A DNA stretch of 64,000 nt from Planctomycetota bacterium (GTDB lineage Bacteria; Planctomycetota; B15-G4), in contig JBBQUR010000010.1 in the NCBI GenBank assembly GCA_038212275.1, positions 96,001-160,000 on the forward strand, written 5' to 3'. Positions 1 through 10,354 of this stretch are shown in pieces. The notes beneath the pieces were generated by a model. That model had not been told where the DNA came from, made no database searches, and saw only the letters and a program-made list of their open reading frames with translations. The first letter of the stretch is position 1. Each line of letters opens with the position of its first letter. The translations under genes were made by a program, and so were the position numbers.

Positions 1-574
1 GCGGCGTGAGGATGGTCGGCGCCCGCACGGCATCCCGCCGCGCCGCGAGCAGAGGCAGGCAACCCGCGGCGGCGAGGGGCGCCGCGCGTGAGGCCGCGCC
101 GGACGTCGCGCCGCGTGCGGCCGCGTTCTCGGCGAGCAGGTTCAGCGCGTCGGCGTCGAGCAGCAGCGGCTTGTCGATGCCGGTCAGCAGCGTCGCGAGC
201 AGCACGCCGGTGTCCGCGTGCGTGCCGAGACCTGGGCCGACGACCACGGCGCTCGCACGCGCGGCCGCTGCGAGGATCGCCTCCGCGGCGCGCGCCGCGA
301 GGCCGCCATCGTCGGTGGCCGGGCAGCGCAGCAGCGTGGCGAAGGGCACCGCAGGCAGCACGCTGTCCACCAGGCCGTCGGCGAGCGCGAGCTGCACGAG
401 GCCCGCACCGGCGCGCCCGGCCCCGAGGGCCGCGAGAATGGCCGCACCCGGATAGCGGCGCGAGCCGGCGACGACGAGCACCGTGCCGTAGCTGCCCTTG
501 TGCGTGTCCGCCGCGCGAGCCGCCAGCCGCGGCAGCGGCAGCTCGGCAACGGGCGGCGTGAACGGCGAAGACAT
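1..574 (-). CDS. nnrD: ADP-dependent NAD(P)H-hydrate dehydratase (YjeF C-terminal family), runs off the window start
   Basis: Manual translation from ATG at 574: MSSPFTPPVAELPLPRLAARAADTHKGSYGTVLVVAGSRRYPGAAILAALGAGRAGAGLV, the typical HKG-x-G-x-VLVVAGS motif, followed by VVGPGLG and LLDADALN. Confidence 0.9.
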   Translation of the reverse strand, partial: MSSPFTPPVAELPLPRLAARAADTHKGSYGTVLVVAGSRRYPGAAILAALGAGRAGAGLVQLALADGLVDSVLPAVPFATLLRCPATDDGGLAARAAEAILAAAARASAVVVGPGLGTHADTGVLLATLLTGIDKPLLLDADALNLLAENAAARGATSGAASRAAPLAAAGCLPLLAARRDAVRAPTILTP

Positions 575-712
575 GGCGACATCGTACGCCGTGCTCCGCC
601 GGCCACGCGCCTGCAGCCCGGCCCGGCGCGCCGTTGCGTGAGCCGTCGCATTGCCCGCATCCCGCGCACGGCGCTACGGTAGGGCGCCCAGCAGCGCACG
701 GAGAGGCCCGCC

Positions 713-3700
713 ATGACCGACACCATCGCCCCGAGTCCGCCGCGCGTGACGCGCCTCTCCGACTACCGTCCGCCGACGTGGCTCGCGCGCAGCGTGCAGC
801 TCTTCATCGACCTGCACGAGGACCACGCGACGGTGCGCTGCCGCACAAGTTACGAACGCGCCGCGCCGACCAGCGCGACCGGCGCGACCAGCGCGACCAG
901 CGCGACCAGCGCGACAGGTGCGACAGGTGCGACAGGCGCAACAGGCGCGACACGCGATGTACCCGGCAGCGACGAGCTGCGCCTCGACGGCACGGGCGGC
1001 GAGCTGGAGCTGATCTCGCTGCACGTCGACGGCCGCGCGCTGTCCGCCGACGAGTTCTCACGCGACGACGAGAGCCTCGTGCTGTGGCCCGAGCGCGACC
1101 GCTTCGAGCTGCAGGTCGTCACGCGCATCCGCCCGCACCTGAACACCGCGCTGTCCGGCCTGTACCGCTCGGGCAGCATGTTCTGCACGCAGATGGAGGC
1201 GCAGGGCTTCCGCCGCGTGACGTACTTCCAGGACCGCCCCGACGTGCTCGCGACGTGGACCGTCACGCTGGAGGCCGAGCGCGCGCGCTACCCGGTGCTG
1301 CTCAGCAACGGCAACGAACTCGGCGGCGCTGCGACCGGCTCCGCGTCGGGCGCCGCTGCGCCCAGCGCTGCGCCCACCGCGGCACCGACCGCGGCACCCA
1401 GCGCCGCGCCAACCGGCTCAGTGACCGGCGCGCTCTCGGGCGCACTCGCGTCCTTCGCGGACCTGCCGCCGCTGGCCGCCGGCCGGCATCGCGCGACGTG
1501 GCACGATCCCTTCCCCAAGCCCAGCTACCTGTTCGCGGTGGTGGCCGGCGATCTCGGCCTCGTGGAGGACAGCTTTACCACCTGCTCGGGCCGCACGATC
1601 CCGCTGCGCATCTGGTGCGACAAGGGCAACGAGAGCCGCGTCCTCTGGGCCATGGCCTCGCTGCAGCGCGCGATGGCGTGGGACGAGCGCGCGTTCGGCC
1701 GCGAGTATGACCTCGACCTCTTCATGATCGTCGCCGTGAACGACTTCAACATGGGCGCGATGGAGAACAAGGGCCTCAACATCTTCAACGCGTCGCGCGT
1801 GCTGGCCGACGCGGCCACCGCGACCGACGAGGACTTCCAGCGCGTGGAAGGCGTCGTCGCGCACGAATACTTCCACAACTGGTCGGGCAATCGCGTCACC
1901 TGTCGCGACTGGTTCCAGCTCTCGCTGAAGGAGGGCTTCACGGTCTACCGCGACCAGGAGTTCACGGCGGACCTCAACGCGCGCGCCGTCAAGCGCATCG
2001 AGGACGTGCGCCGCCTGCGCAAGGAGCAGTTCCCCGAGGACGCGGGCCCGATGGCGCACGCCGTGCGGCCGACGAGCTACATCGCGATCGACAACTTCTA
2101 CACGCGCACCGTCTACGAGAAGGGCGCGGAGGTCATCCGCATGCAGGCCGCGCTGCTCGGGCCGGGGCTCTTCCGCAAGGGCTGCGACCTGTACTTCGCG
2201 CGGCACGACGGGCAGGCCGTCACGACGGATGATTTCGTCGCCGCGATGGAGTCGGTGTCGGGTCGCGACCTCGCGCAGTTCAAGCGCTGGTACGAGCAGG
2301 CCGGCACGCCGGTGCTGCGCGCGACGGGCCGCTGGGACGCCGGTGCGCGGCGCTACGAGCTGGAACTGTCGCAGAGTTGCCCGGCGACACCGGGGCAGCC
2401 GCGCAAGCTGCCCTTTCACATGCCGGTGTCCGTCGCGCTCTTCGCGCGCGACGGCGCGCCGATTCCCGGCACGCAGCGCGTGCTCGAACTGAAAGAGGAG
2501 CGCCAGGTCTTCGCCTTCGAGAACCTGCCCGGCTCCGCGGACGGTGCAGACGGTGCAGACGGTGCAGACGGTGCGAACGGCGCGAACGGTGCGAACGGTG
2601 CGCACGGCGCGCACGGCGCGCACGGTGGCGCCGCCGCCGGCACGCCCGCCGCGTCCCGCACCGGCGGCGGCCCGGTGCCATCGGTGCTGCGCGACTTCTC
2701 CGCACCGGTGAAGCTGGAGCTGTCGCTCACGGACGAGGAGCTGTGCATCCTCGTCACGCACGACACGGACCTGTTCAATCGCTGGGAGTCGCTGCAGCGC
2801 CTCGCGACACGCGTGCTGCTGGCCGCGGCGGAGGCGCGTGTTGGCGGCGCGACGCGGGGGGGCGCGCGTGCCGCCTCCGGCGCGTCGGCGCTTCCCGCTT
2901 CGTTCACCTTGCTGCAGCGCGCCTACGAGAGCGTGCTCGACCAGACCGCGCGCTCCGGAACCGCTGCGCTCGATCCGGCCATCGCCGCCGAGCTGCTGCG
3001 CCTGCCCGACGAGTCGGTGCTCTGCGACGAGCAGGCCGTCATCGACATCGACGCGATCCACGCGGCGCGCGGCGCCGTGCGCGACGGCCTGGCGCGTGCG
3101 TGCCGCCAGCGCTGGCTGGACACCTTCCAGCGCCTCGACACGTCCGAGCCCTTCGTGCCGGACGCCGCCGCGATCGGTCGCCGCGCGCTGAAGAACGTCG
3201 CGCTGGCATACCTCTTCCTCGGCGATGCCGCGGGTCATGCGGCGGGTGGCGCAGCGCGTGGTGCCGCTGGTGCCGCTGGTGCTGCTGATGCCGCGGGTGC
3301 CGCGGGTGCCGCGGGTGCTGCGGCGCGCCGTGCGCCGCACGACACGCCGGGCGGCGGGCAGGGCGTCGCGCTCTGCGTGCGGCAGCTGGAGTCCGCCGAC
3401 AATCTGCAGGACCAGCTCTGCGCGCTGGAGCTTCTCGCGGGTCACGACGGCCCGGAGCGCGAACGCGCGCTGGCCGACACGCGCGCGCGCTGGCAGCACG
3501 AGCCGCTGGTGATGAACAAGTGGTTCGCAGCGCAGGCCGGCGCCGATCGTCCGGGCGTGCTGCAGGACATGCGCGCGCTGCAGCGCGATCCGCTCTTCGA
3601 CGCGGGCAATCCCAACAAGCTGCGCGCGCTCTTCCACACCTTCACCGGCAACCTGCCGCACTTCCACGCGCCGGACGGCAGCGGCTACGCGCTCTACGGC

Positions 3701-3886
3701 GACCTGCTCGTCGGTCTCGACGCGCGCAACCCGGTGCTCGCCGGCCGCTTCGCCACGGCCTTCAACTTCTGGAAGCGCCACGCCGAGCCGCGCCGCAGCC
3801 TGCAGCGCAAGCAGCTCGAGCGCCTCGCCGCGCTGCCGGGCCTGTCGAGCAACACCTATGAAGTGGTGAGCAAGGCGCTGGCGTGA
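713..3886 (+). CDS. pepN: Aminopeptidase N (M1 family) with several low-complexity insertions
   Basis: GAMENKGLNIFN, HEYFHNW...LKEG zinc motif, NFYTRTVYEKGAEV, C-terminal NPNKLRAL. Confidence 0.96.
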   Translation: MTDTIAPSPPRVTRLSDYRPPTWLARSVQLFIDLHEDHATVRCRTSYERAAPTSATGATSATSATSATGATGATGATGATRDVPGSDELRLDGTGGELELISLHVDGRALSADEFSRDDESLVLWPERDRFELQVVTRIRPHLNTALSGLYRSGSMFCTQMEAQGFRRVTYFQDRPDVLATWTVTLEAERARYPVLLSNGNELGGAATGSASGAAAPSAAPTAAPTAAPSAAPTGSVTGALSGALASFADLPPLAAGRHRATWHDPFPKPSYLFAVVAGDLGLVEDSFTTCSGRTIPLRIWCDKGNESRVLWAMASLQRAMAWDERAFGREYDLDLFMIVAVNDFNMGAMENKGLNIFNASRVLADAATATDEDFQRVEGVVAHEYFHNWSGNRVTCRDWFQLSLKEGFTVYRDQEFTADLNARAVKRIEDVRRLRKEQFPEDAGPMAHAVRPTSYIAIDNFYTRTVYEKGAEVIRMQAALLGPGLFRKGCDLYFARHDGQAVTTDDFVAAMESVSGRDLAQFKRWYEQAGTPVLRATGRWDAGARRYELELSQSCPATPGQPRKLPFHMPVSVALFARDGAPIPGTQRVLELKEERQVFAFENLPGSADGADGADGADGANGANGANGAHGAHGAHGGAAAGTPAASRTGGGPVPSVLRDFSAPVKLELSLTDEELCILVTHDTDLFNRWESLQRLATRVLLAAAEARVGGATRGGARAASGASALPASFTLLQRAYESVLDQTARSGTAALDPAIAAELLRLPDESVLCDEQAVIDIDAIHAARGAVRDGLARACRQRWLDTFQRLDTSEPFVPDAAAIGRRALKNVALAYLFLGDAAGHAAGGAARGAAGAAGAADAAGAAGAAGAAARRAPHDTPGGGQGVALCVRQLESADNLQDQLCALELLAGHDGPERERALADTRARWQHEPLVMNKWFAAQAGADRPGVLQDMRALQRDPLFDAGNPNKLRALFHTFTGNLPHFHAPDGSGYALYGDLLVGLDARNPVLAGRFATAFNFWKRHAEPRRSLQRKQLERLAALPGLSSNTYEVVSKALA

Positions 3887-6018
3887 GAGCCTCGAGCTTC
3901 GTCGCGCTGGCGTGCGGCGCCGTGCTCGTCGCGGCGGCGGGCTGGTGGCTGCTGAGCCAGGAGTCGGCCGGTTCGCAGAGCGCGTCCGTCGATGCCGTGT
4001 TGCGCGGGCCGAGCGGGACGGAGCCGTCGTCCGCCGAGGCGCCGCGCTACACGGTGACGGCGCCGGCCGAAGTGGCCACGCCGATCGCGCTGGCCGAGCC
4101 GCCCTCGTCGACAAGTGACGCGCCCCCGACGAAGAGCGCGCCGACGTTACGAGGTCGCGTCGTGTCCGGCGCAGGCGCCGGAGCAGGTGCGGGCGGGCAC
4201 GGGGGCGGGGGCGCAGGCGCCGGCGCCCCCGTGCCTGGTGCGCTCATCGACGGATTTCTCGCGGTCAAGTCGAATCGCCGCAAGCTGGCGCTCGCCTGCG
4301 ATGGCGGCGGTCGCTTCGAGATCCCGCTGCTGCCGCGCGAGCTGGCGCTGAAGGCCAGCGAGCTCGTGTTCACGCATCCGGAAGGACTGGGCCGCAGCCT
4401 GAGGAAGATCAGCGCCGAGGATGTCGAGGCCGGCGGCGATCTTGGCGACATCGAGCTGCTGCCTGCGCGCCGCGTGCACGTCCTGGCGCTCGATGTCGGG
4501 TGGAAGCCCGTTCCCGGCGCGCTTGCCGTGGCAGGCGACGACACGGGCGTGCGCAGCGGCCTCACCGACAAGCAAGGCCGTGCGATGCTCCCGTGCGTGC
4601 TGCTCGAGACGCCGTCGATCAGCGTCTGGGCGCACCGCTTCTTCGGAGCCGTCGTGATCCTGCCCGCGGCTGACGTCGTGATCGACGAGCAGCACCCGCT
4701 GGTCGTCGTCCTCGAGCGCTGCCCGTCGCTGGACATCGTGGTGACGGACGCGGCCGGCGCGCCTCAGCCCGAACTGCTGGCGGTGCTCAACGCGCAGCAG
4801 GAACTCTTCGCCAATCTCGACACGGCCGATCTGCACGCCGGTATCCGCGCGTTCGCGCCCGTCCCGATGCTCGAGGAGGTCGGCGCGGCACATCTCGGCG
4901 CGACGACCTGGAAGAGCGGTTTCACGGACGGCGCACCCACCGTGTCGGGTTCGCTGAACTTCGACCTCGATGCCGGTGGCCGCGCCAGCATCTCGGACCT
5001 GCTGCCCGGCGTGCCCTTCACGCTCTCGGTAGAGGACAGAACGGGCAGCGTCGCGTGGGGGCCCGAGCCGCTGACCCTGCAACCCGGCGAGGCGCGCGAG
5101 GTGCGTGCGGTGCTCGCGCACGCGGCGGTGGATCTCGTCGTGCGCGTGACCGATCCGCAGGGCACGCCGCTCGATCACGCCTCTGTGGAGGTCGTCTGGG
5201 CCGGCAAGGACAGCAGTTCGACACCCTCGACCAACGCCAAGGGCCTGGTCACTCTGCGCCGCGTGTACGCCGACACCATCACGCTGGTGGTAGACAAGCC
5301 GGGCTACGTCTCCCGGCGCTTGGAGGGCGTCGTCGTCACGCGCGGCGGGCAGCCGTTCGAGGTGGTGCTCGAGCCGGGCGCGGTCGTACACGTCCTGGTG
5401 CACGATGCCTACGGTCGGCCGGTGCAGGTGGAGACGGTGCGGGCGATGCTCGGCGGCGCGCGCGTGGGGCAAGCCGATCTGGACACGAGCGGCACGGCTG
5501 CGGAGGCCGCAGATGGCGTCGCTGCCGACCAGGCCGTCGCTGGCGTGCGTCCGCTGCAGAGTGCACGCGGCGTGGCGCAGTCGGCGCTGGAGCCGCCGCT
5601 GCCCGTGGATCGCTCGCGCTGGCTGTTGATGGACCTGCCTCGGGACGAGCTCGTGATCGAGGCACTGCTCGGAGGTCGGTCGATCTCGCAGCCGCACGAC
5701 AGTCGCGTGCCGGATGCCGTGCTCATCGTGCCGAGCGTCGGCGCGCTGCGCGTGAGCTTCGCCTTCGCGCTGGACCAGTCGCTCCATCACGTGCTCGAGG
5801 TGCGGCCGTCGGACGCGTCGACGGGCGCCACGCTATCCCAGCTGCTCAGCCCCTGGGAACGCAGCGTCGGCGAGGTGCTGCTGCCGACGCTCTTCCCGGG
5901 CGACTACGAGGTCACGCTCTCGAAGTGGGAGCCGACGGCAGTGTCGGCGTGCTCCCGGACCGCGCACGTACACGTCGCCGAGGGGGCGACGGCCAGCGTG
6001 GAGCTGGCCGCGCCCTGA
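3883..6018 (+). CDS. Membrane-anchored carboxypeptidase regulatory-like (beta-sandwich) repeat protein
   Basis: N-terminal hydrophobic anchor; repeated LRGRVV / VRVTDPQGTPL...TNAKG motifs; GTGA overlap with the pepN stop. Confidence 0.65.
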   Translation: MRASSFVALACGAVLVAAAGWWLLSQESAGSQSASVDAVLRGPSGTEPSSAEAPRYTVTAPAEVATPIALAEPPSSTSDAPPTKSAPTLRGRVVSGAGAGAGAGGHGGGGAGAGAPVPGALIDGFLAVKSNRRKLALACDGGGRFEIPLLPRELALKASELVFTHPEGLGRSLRKISAEDVEAGGDLGDIELLPARRVHVLALDVGWKPVPGALAVAGDDTGVRSGLTDKQGRAMLPCVLLETPSISVWAHRFFGAVVILPAADVVIDEQHPLVVVLERCPSLDIVVTDAAGAPQPELLAVLNAQQELFANLDTADLHAGIRAFAPVPMLEEVGAAHLGATTWKSGFTDGAPTVSGSLNFDLDAGGRASISDLLPGVPFTLSVEDRTGSVAWGPEPLTLQPGEAREVRAVLAHAAVDLVVRVTDPQGTPLDHASVEVVWAGKDSSSTPSTNAKGLVTLRRVYADTITLVVDKPGYVSRRLEGVVVTRGGQPFEVVLEPGAVVHVLVHDAYGRPVQVETVRAMLGGARVGQADLDTSGTAAEAADGVAADQAVAGVRPLQSARGVAQSALEPPLPVDRSRWLLMDLPRDELVIEALLGGRSISQPHDSRVPDAVLIVPSVGALRVSFAFALDQSLHHVLEVRPSDASTGATLSQLLSPWERSVGEVLLPTLFPGDYEVTLSKWEPTAVSACSRTAHVHVAEGATASVELAAP

Positions 6019-6044
6019 AGCCGGAGCGCCGTGGGCGCCGGCCG

Positions 6045-7055
6045 TCAGCCCGATGGCAGGATCGGTGCGGCGGGCGCCGCGCACTCCGCGGCCACGACTC
6101 CGCGCACGATGTCGGCGATGTCGGGCCAGCTCAGCTCGCCGAGCGCGGCGCGGAGCCGCGCCGGGTCCGGGCTGCGCGCCGGCACGTCGCGGCGGCCGGG
6201 GTAGGCCTCGGCGTAGGGCACGAAGCGCAGCGGGACTTCTGCGCCGCAGGCTTCGCGCACGAGTTGCGCGAGCTGCAGCACGGACGTCGCGACCGGTGAG
6301 CCCAGGTTGAAGAGCGGCTGCGGCGCGCGCCACGCGGCCTTGCTGGCGTGCAGCGCCAGGAGCGCGTCAAGAAATGTGCTTGAGTCGCTGAAGGCGCGCG
6401 TCTGGCGGCCGTCGCCGTGAATGATGAGCTCGCGGCCGGTGAGCGCACGCTCCACGAAGGTCGGCAGCACCATGCCGTAGGCCGCTGATTGCCCGCGGCC
6501 GACGACGTTGAAGGGGCGCACGACGAGCACGCGGCGTCCCTCCGCGGCGGCCGCGAGGCCGAGCGACTCCATGGCGAGCTTGCCGCAGGCGTAGCCGGGG
6601 CGGCCGCCGTCGTAGGCCAGCACGTCGGCGGGGTCGGGCGGCACGTCCTCGCGCGCCGGGTCGGCGTGCGACAGCCCGTAGACAGCCGACGAGGAGAAGA
6701 GCACGACCGGCGCCTCGCCGCTCGCGCGCAGCACATGACGCGTGCCCTCGACCGCGACACGGTGCGCGTGCTCCGCCAGCTGCGTCGCGCGCTGCATGCC
6801 GACCACGCTTGCGAGGTGCCAGACCTCCGACGCGCCGCGCGCGGCGTCCGCCACCGCGGCGGCGTCGAGCACGGAGGCCTCGCGCAGCTGCAGCGCGGGA
6901 TGCCGCGGCAGGTTGGCGGCGAGGCCGGTGCTCAGGTCGTCCAGCACGACCACGCGCCGGCCCGCCGCGAGCAGCCGCGCCACGAGCTGGCTGCCGAGGA
7001 AGCCCGCGCCCCCGGTGACCAGCACCGCTCCGCCGTCGGTGGCCGCAGCACTCAT
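6045..7055 (-). CDS. NAD-dependent epimerase/dehydratase (extended SDR)
   Basis: VLVTGGAGFLGS, SSSAVYG, YACGK (YxxxK), RPFNVVG; start set at MSAAATDGG. Confidence 0.9.
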   Translation of the reverse strand: MSAAATDGGAVLVTGGAGFLGSQLVARLLAAGRRVVVLDDLSTGLAANLPRHPALQLREASVLDAAAVADAARGASEVWHLASVVGMQRATQLAEHAHRVAVEGTRHVLRASGEAPVVLFSSSAVYGLSHADPAREDVPPDPADVLAYDGGRPGYACGKLAMESLGLAAAAEGRRVLVVRPFNVVGRGQSAAYGMVLPTFVERALTGRELIIHGDGRQTRAFSDSSTFLDALLALHASKAAWRAPQPLFNLGSPVATSVLQLAQLVREACGAEVPLRFVPYAEAYPGRRDVPARSPDPARLRAALGELSWPDIADIVRGVVAAECAAPAAPILPSG

Positions 7056-7352
7056 CGTGGCCGGGTTCTTCCGCGAGGGGATGGTGGGGGTCGTGACAGA
7101 CGGGTCTTGGCGACGAGCATGTCGGAACGGCGAGAGCGCTGGACGGACGGACGGCACGCCGCTCGTCCGCGCGGCGGCGCATCGTATCGGGTCTTGGACG
7201 CGGCGGCGTGCGCGCGGCGTCCCGCCTCGTCCCGCTTCGTCCCGTGGCCGGCAGCCCGCGCCCGTCGGTGCCCGTCGGCAGCCGCCCGCGCCCGCTCGCG
7301 CCCGCCCGCGGACGCAGCGCCGCGGCATGCGTGACGGCTATACTCGGCCCTC

Positions 7353-7823
7353 ATGAAAGAGATCGAGCTCTTCCGCATCATGCACAGCGATCACAGCGCG
7401 GATTGCCACATGTATCTGCGGGAGACAGATGGCGGCCGCTGCTTCCCGGTGACCATCGCCATGAACGAAATGGCCGAGATCCACCGCAAGGTGCACGGGA
7501 TCGAGACCCGCCGGCCCATGACCCACGACATCTTCGCGGCGCTCATGCGCGAGCTGAAGCTGGAGCTGGTCTCGGTGGAGATCGTGGACCTCAAGGACGA
7601 CGTCTTCTACGCGAGCATGAACTTCCGGGGCGAGGACGGCCGGACCTTCAAGCTGGACGCGCGGCCCTCGGACGCCGTGGCCATCGGCACCGGCGTCGGC
7701 GCGAAGCTCTTTGCGGCCGAGAGCATCCTGGACGAGGTCGGCCGCCGCGAGGACGAGGAGCCCGTGCCGCCACAGGACGGCACGCGGGAGGAGAGCCCGC
7801 CGGAGGACGATCCGCCGGCATGA
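7353..7823 (+). CDS. Bifunctional nuclease family protein (DUF151)
   Basis: RRPMTHD, DDVFYA and LDARPSDAVAI motifs. Confidence 0.9.
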   Translation: MKEIELFRIMHSDHSADCHMYLRETDGGRCFPVTIAMNEMAEIHRKVHGIETRRPMTHDIFAALMRELKLELVSVEIVDLKDDVFYASMNFRGEDGRTFKLDARPSDAVAIGTGVGAKLFAAESILDEVGRREDEEPVPPQDGTREESPPEDDPPA

Positions 7824-7937
7824 AGCGCACGCCTCCGGCACGAGGGGCCAGGCGCCGGGCGCCGGACCGTAGGCGCGGGCAGAGCAAGCAGATCAGCATG
7901 AAGACGGTTGCGCCGGCCCGGCTTCGGACCGGCAGCG

Positions 7938-8025
7938 GGAGGGGTGGCAGAGTGGTCGATTGCGACGGTCTTGAAAACCGTTGGCCCGTGAGGGCTCGTG
8001 GGTTCGAATCCCACCCCCTCCGCCA
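7938..8025 (+). tRNA. tRNA-Ser(TGA)
   Basis: Acceptor GGAGGGG/CCCCTCC + G-CCA; anticodon arm ACGGT-CTTGAAA-ACCGT; long variable arm; GGTTCGAATCC T-arm. Confidence 0.96.
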
Positions 8026-8089
8026 CACCCGTGCCGCGCTCGAGTGGCGACGCGAGTCGGCCGCTCGCGTGATCCCGCCCACGGCGACG

Positions 8090-8119
8090 TTGACAATCAG
8101 CCCCGCCAGCCCGTTCAAT
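8090..8119 (+). promoter_or_regulatory. Putative sigma70 promoter for tRNA-Ser(GCT)
   Basis: TTGACA (8090-8095), 18-bp spacer, TTCAAT (8114-8119), 14 nt before the tRNA. Confidence 0.55.
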
Positions 8120-8133
8120 CCTGCCCCCGTTGC

Positions 8134-8226
8134 GGGCAGGTGGCAGAGTGGTCGATTGCGGCAGATTGCTAATCTGTTGACGGGGGATTTCCTCGTCCGC
8201 GGGTTCAAATCCCGCCCTGCCCGCCA
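8134..8226 (+). tRNA. tRNA-Ser(GCT)
   Basis: Acceptor GGGCAGG/CCTGCCC + G-CCA; anticodon arm GCAGA-TTGCTAA-TCTGT; long variable arm; GGTTCAAATCC T-arm. Confidence 0.95.
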
Positions 8227-8277
8227 TTTCGGTCTGCGGCCCGACGGCCGCCGACCCGTGCCGTCGGTGAGCACGCG

Positions 8278-8787
8278 ATGATCCAACCTTGCCGTTCATC
8301 GCGCGCGTCGTCGCGTTCCGCCTTGCAGGCGCTGCTCTGGGCTGCCGCACTGCTGCTCGCGCCGGCCTGCGTGACCCGCACGCTCTCGGTGACCAGCGCT
8401 CCTGCCGGGGCGCGCGTCACCATCGACGGCACGTCGGTGGGCACGACGCCGTACGAGCAGGTCTTCGAGTCCTACGGCGAGCGGTCCCTCGACCTGGAGC
8501 TGGCCGGCTACGTCAGCCGCCACGAACTGCTTCCCATGCCGGCCCCGTGGTGGCAGGTCTTTCCGCTCGATTTCGTGACCGACCTGCTGCTGCCGCTCGG
8601 CCTGCACGACGACCACTCCTTTCATTACGTGCTGGTGCCGCGTGACCCGGAGGCCGGTACCTGGGAGCAGGCGCGGCAGGCCTACGCCCGGGAGCAGGCG
8701 GCCCTCGCCGAGACGAGGCGCGCCGCTGCCGAACACGAAGCCGGCAAGCCGGACACCACGCCCCCAGCCGCGGGAGACGAGCCATGA
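8278..8787 (+). CDS. PEGA-domain lipoprotein
   Basis: Signal peptide with LAPAC lipobox, then VTSAPAGARVTIDG...GTTP PEGA motif. Confidence 0.8.
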   Translation: MIQPCRSSRASSRSALQALLWAAALLLAPACVTRTLSVTSAPAGARVTIDGTSVGTTPYEQVFESYGERSLDLELAGYVSRHELLPMPAPWWQVFPLDFVTDLLLPLGLHDDHSFHYVLVPRDPEAGTWEQARQAYAREQAALAETRRAAAEHEAGKPDTTPPAAGDEP

Positions 8788-10259
8788 CCGAGGAGCGGAA
8801 CAGGCGGCCGGGTGCGGGCGCACCGTCGCCGGCGGCTCCGGCCCGCCGCACGGCCCTGAACACGGCGGCGCGCCTCGCGGGAGCGGCGTCGCTCGCGGGC
8901 AAGGACGTCCTGGTGCTCGGGCTCGGGCACTTCGGCGGAGGCTTCGGCGCCGCGCGCTGGTTGCTGGCGCAGGGCGCGCACGTGACCGTCACCGACAGGG
9001 CCGGCGAGGAACTGCTGGCCGCGCCCGCCGCCGCGCTGCGCGAGGCCGGCGCGCGCGTCGTGCTCGGCGGCCACGAGGGCATCGACTTCGGTCGCGCGGA
9101 CCTGCTCGTCGTGAACCCCGCCGTGCCGCTCACGGCGCCGCCCGTCATGACCGCGACGGCGGCTGGCGTGCCGATCGCCAGCGAGATCGGCCTGCTCATG
9201 GAGCGCTGGCCGGGCCCGGTGCTCGGCGTCACCGGCAGCAACGGCAAGAGCACGACCACCAGCCTGGCGCACGCGATGCTCACCGCGGCCGGCGTGCGTT
9301 CCGCGCTGGGCGGCAACATCGGCGGCTCGCTGCTCGATGACCTCGGCACGGCGCAGTCCGGCGACGTCGCGGTGCTGGAAATCTCGTCGTTCATGCTGGA
9401 CATGCTGGCGCGGCAGGGGCTCGGGCCCGACGTCGCGCTCATCACGAACATCACGCCCAATCACCTGGACCGGCACGGCAGCTTCGAGGCCTACAAGCAG
9501 AGCAAGCGCTCCATCCTGACGCACGCGCGCCGCGCCGTGCTCAACGCCGACGACGAGCACGTGCGCGACGTCGCCCGGGGCTTTGCCGGCGAGATGCTCT
9601 GGTACGGGGCGCAGGGCGACATCAGCATCGGCCGCAACGGAGAGCTGACCGACCGGCGCGGCTGGCCGCTCATTGCGGATGCCGACGTGCCGCTGCCCGG
9701 GCGCATGAACCGCATGAACATTGCCGCGGCGACGCTGGCGGTGGCCGCGGTGCTGGCCGACGAGGTGCGCGCCGCGCGCGCGCTGCCCGCGGCGCTGCTG
9801 CGCTACGAGCGCCCGCCGCATCGGCTGCAGCCCGTCGGCACCTGGCGCGGCGTCAGCTGGGTGGACGACAGCTCCAGCACCACGCCCGAAAGCACGCACG
9901 GTTCGCTCCAGGCGGTGGGCGGGCCCTGCATCGTCATCGTCGGCGGGCACGACAAGGGGCTGGACCCGGCGCCGCTGCTCGACGGTTCGGCGCGCTGGGC
10001 ACGACTGGTGCTCACCATCGGTGAACAGGCCCAGCCGCTGCTGCGCGAGCTGACGCGGCGCGGCGTGGCGGCCGAGGCCGTCGGCAGCGTGCCCGCGGCG
10101 GTGGAGCGCGCGGCGCAGGCCTGCCGTCCCGGCGACACGGTGCTGCTCTCGCCCGGCTACAGCAGCCACGACCAGTTCACCAATTACGAGAAGCGCGCCG
10201 AGTGCTTCCGGCGCGAGGTGCTGGCCCGCGTGGCGGCCGAAGCGACCGCCGGAGCCTGA
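8784..10259 (+). CDS. murD: UDP-N-acetylmuramoyl-L-alanine--D-glutamate ligase
   Basis: GVTGSNGKSTT, GGNIG, LEISSF, NITPNHLDRH, LLSPGYSSHDQF. Confidence 0.93.
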   Translation: MTEERNRRPGAGAPSPAAPARRTALNTAARLAGAASLAGKDVLVLGLGHFGGGFGAARWLLAQGAHVTVTDRAGEELLAAPAAALREAGARVVLGGHEGIDFGRADLLVVNPAVPLTAPPVMTATAAGVPIASEIGLLMERWPGPVLGVTGSNGKSTTTSLAHAMLTAAGVRSALGGNIGGSLLDDLGTAQSGDVAVLEISSFMLDMLARQGLGPDVALITNITPNHLDRHGSFEAYKQSKRSILTHARRAVLNADDEHVRDVARGFAGEMLWYGAQGDISIGRNGELTDRRGWPLIADADVPLPGRMNRMNIAAATLAVAAVLADEVRAARALPAALLRYERPPHRLQPVGTWRGVSWVDDSSSTTPESTHGSLQAVGGPCIVIVGGHDKGLDPAPLLDGSARWARLVLTIGEQAQPLLRELTRRGVAAEAVGSVPAAVERAAQACRPGDTVLLSPGYSSHDQFTNYEKRAECFRREVLARVAAEATAGA

Positions 10260-10354
10260 GCGGGCGGCGATGCCGCGGACGCCGATCTGCCCCGCCCCTG
10301 TCGCGGGCGTCCGCCGGGTGCTAGAAAGGCCTTCGATTCACGCGAGGCCTGATC

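Noticed and set aside
7938..8226. tRNA-Ser genes as an integration site for an island or prophage
   Set aside because: No integrase, no duplicated tRNA 3' end seen, and the flanks are housekeeping genes
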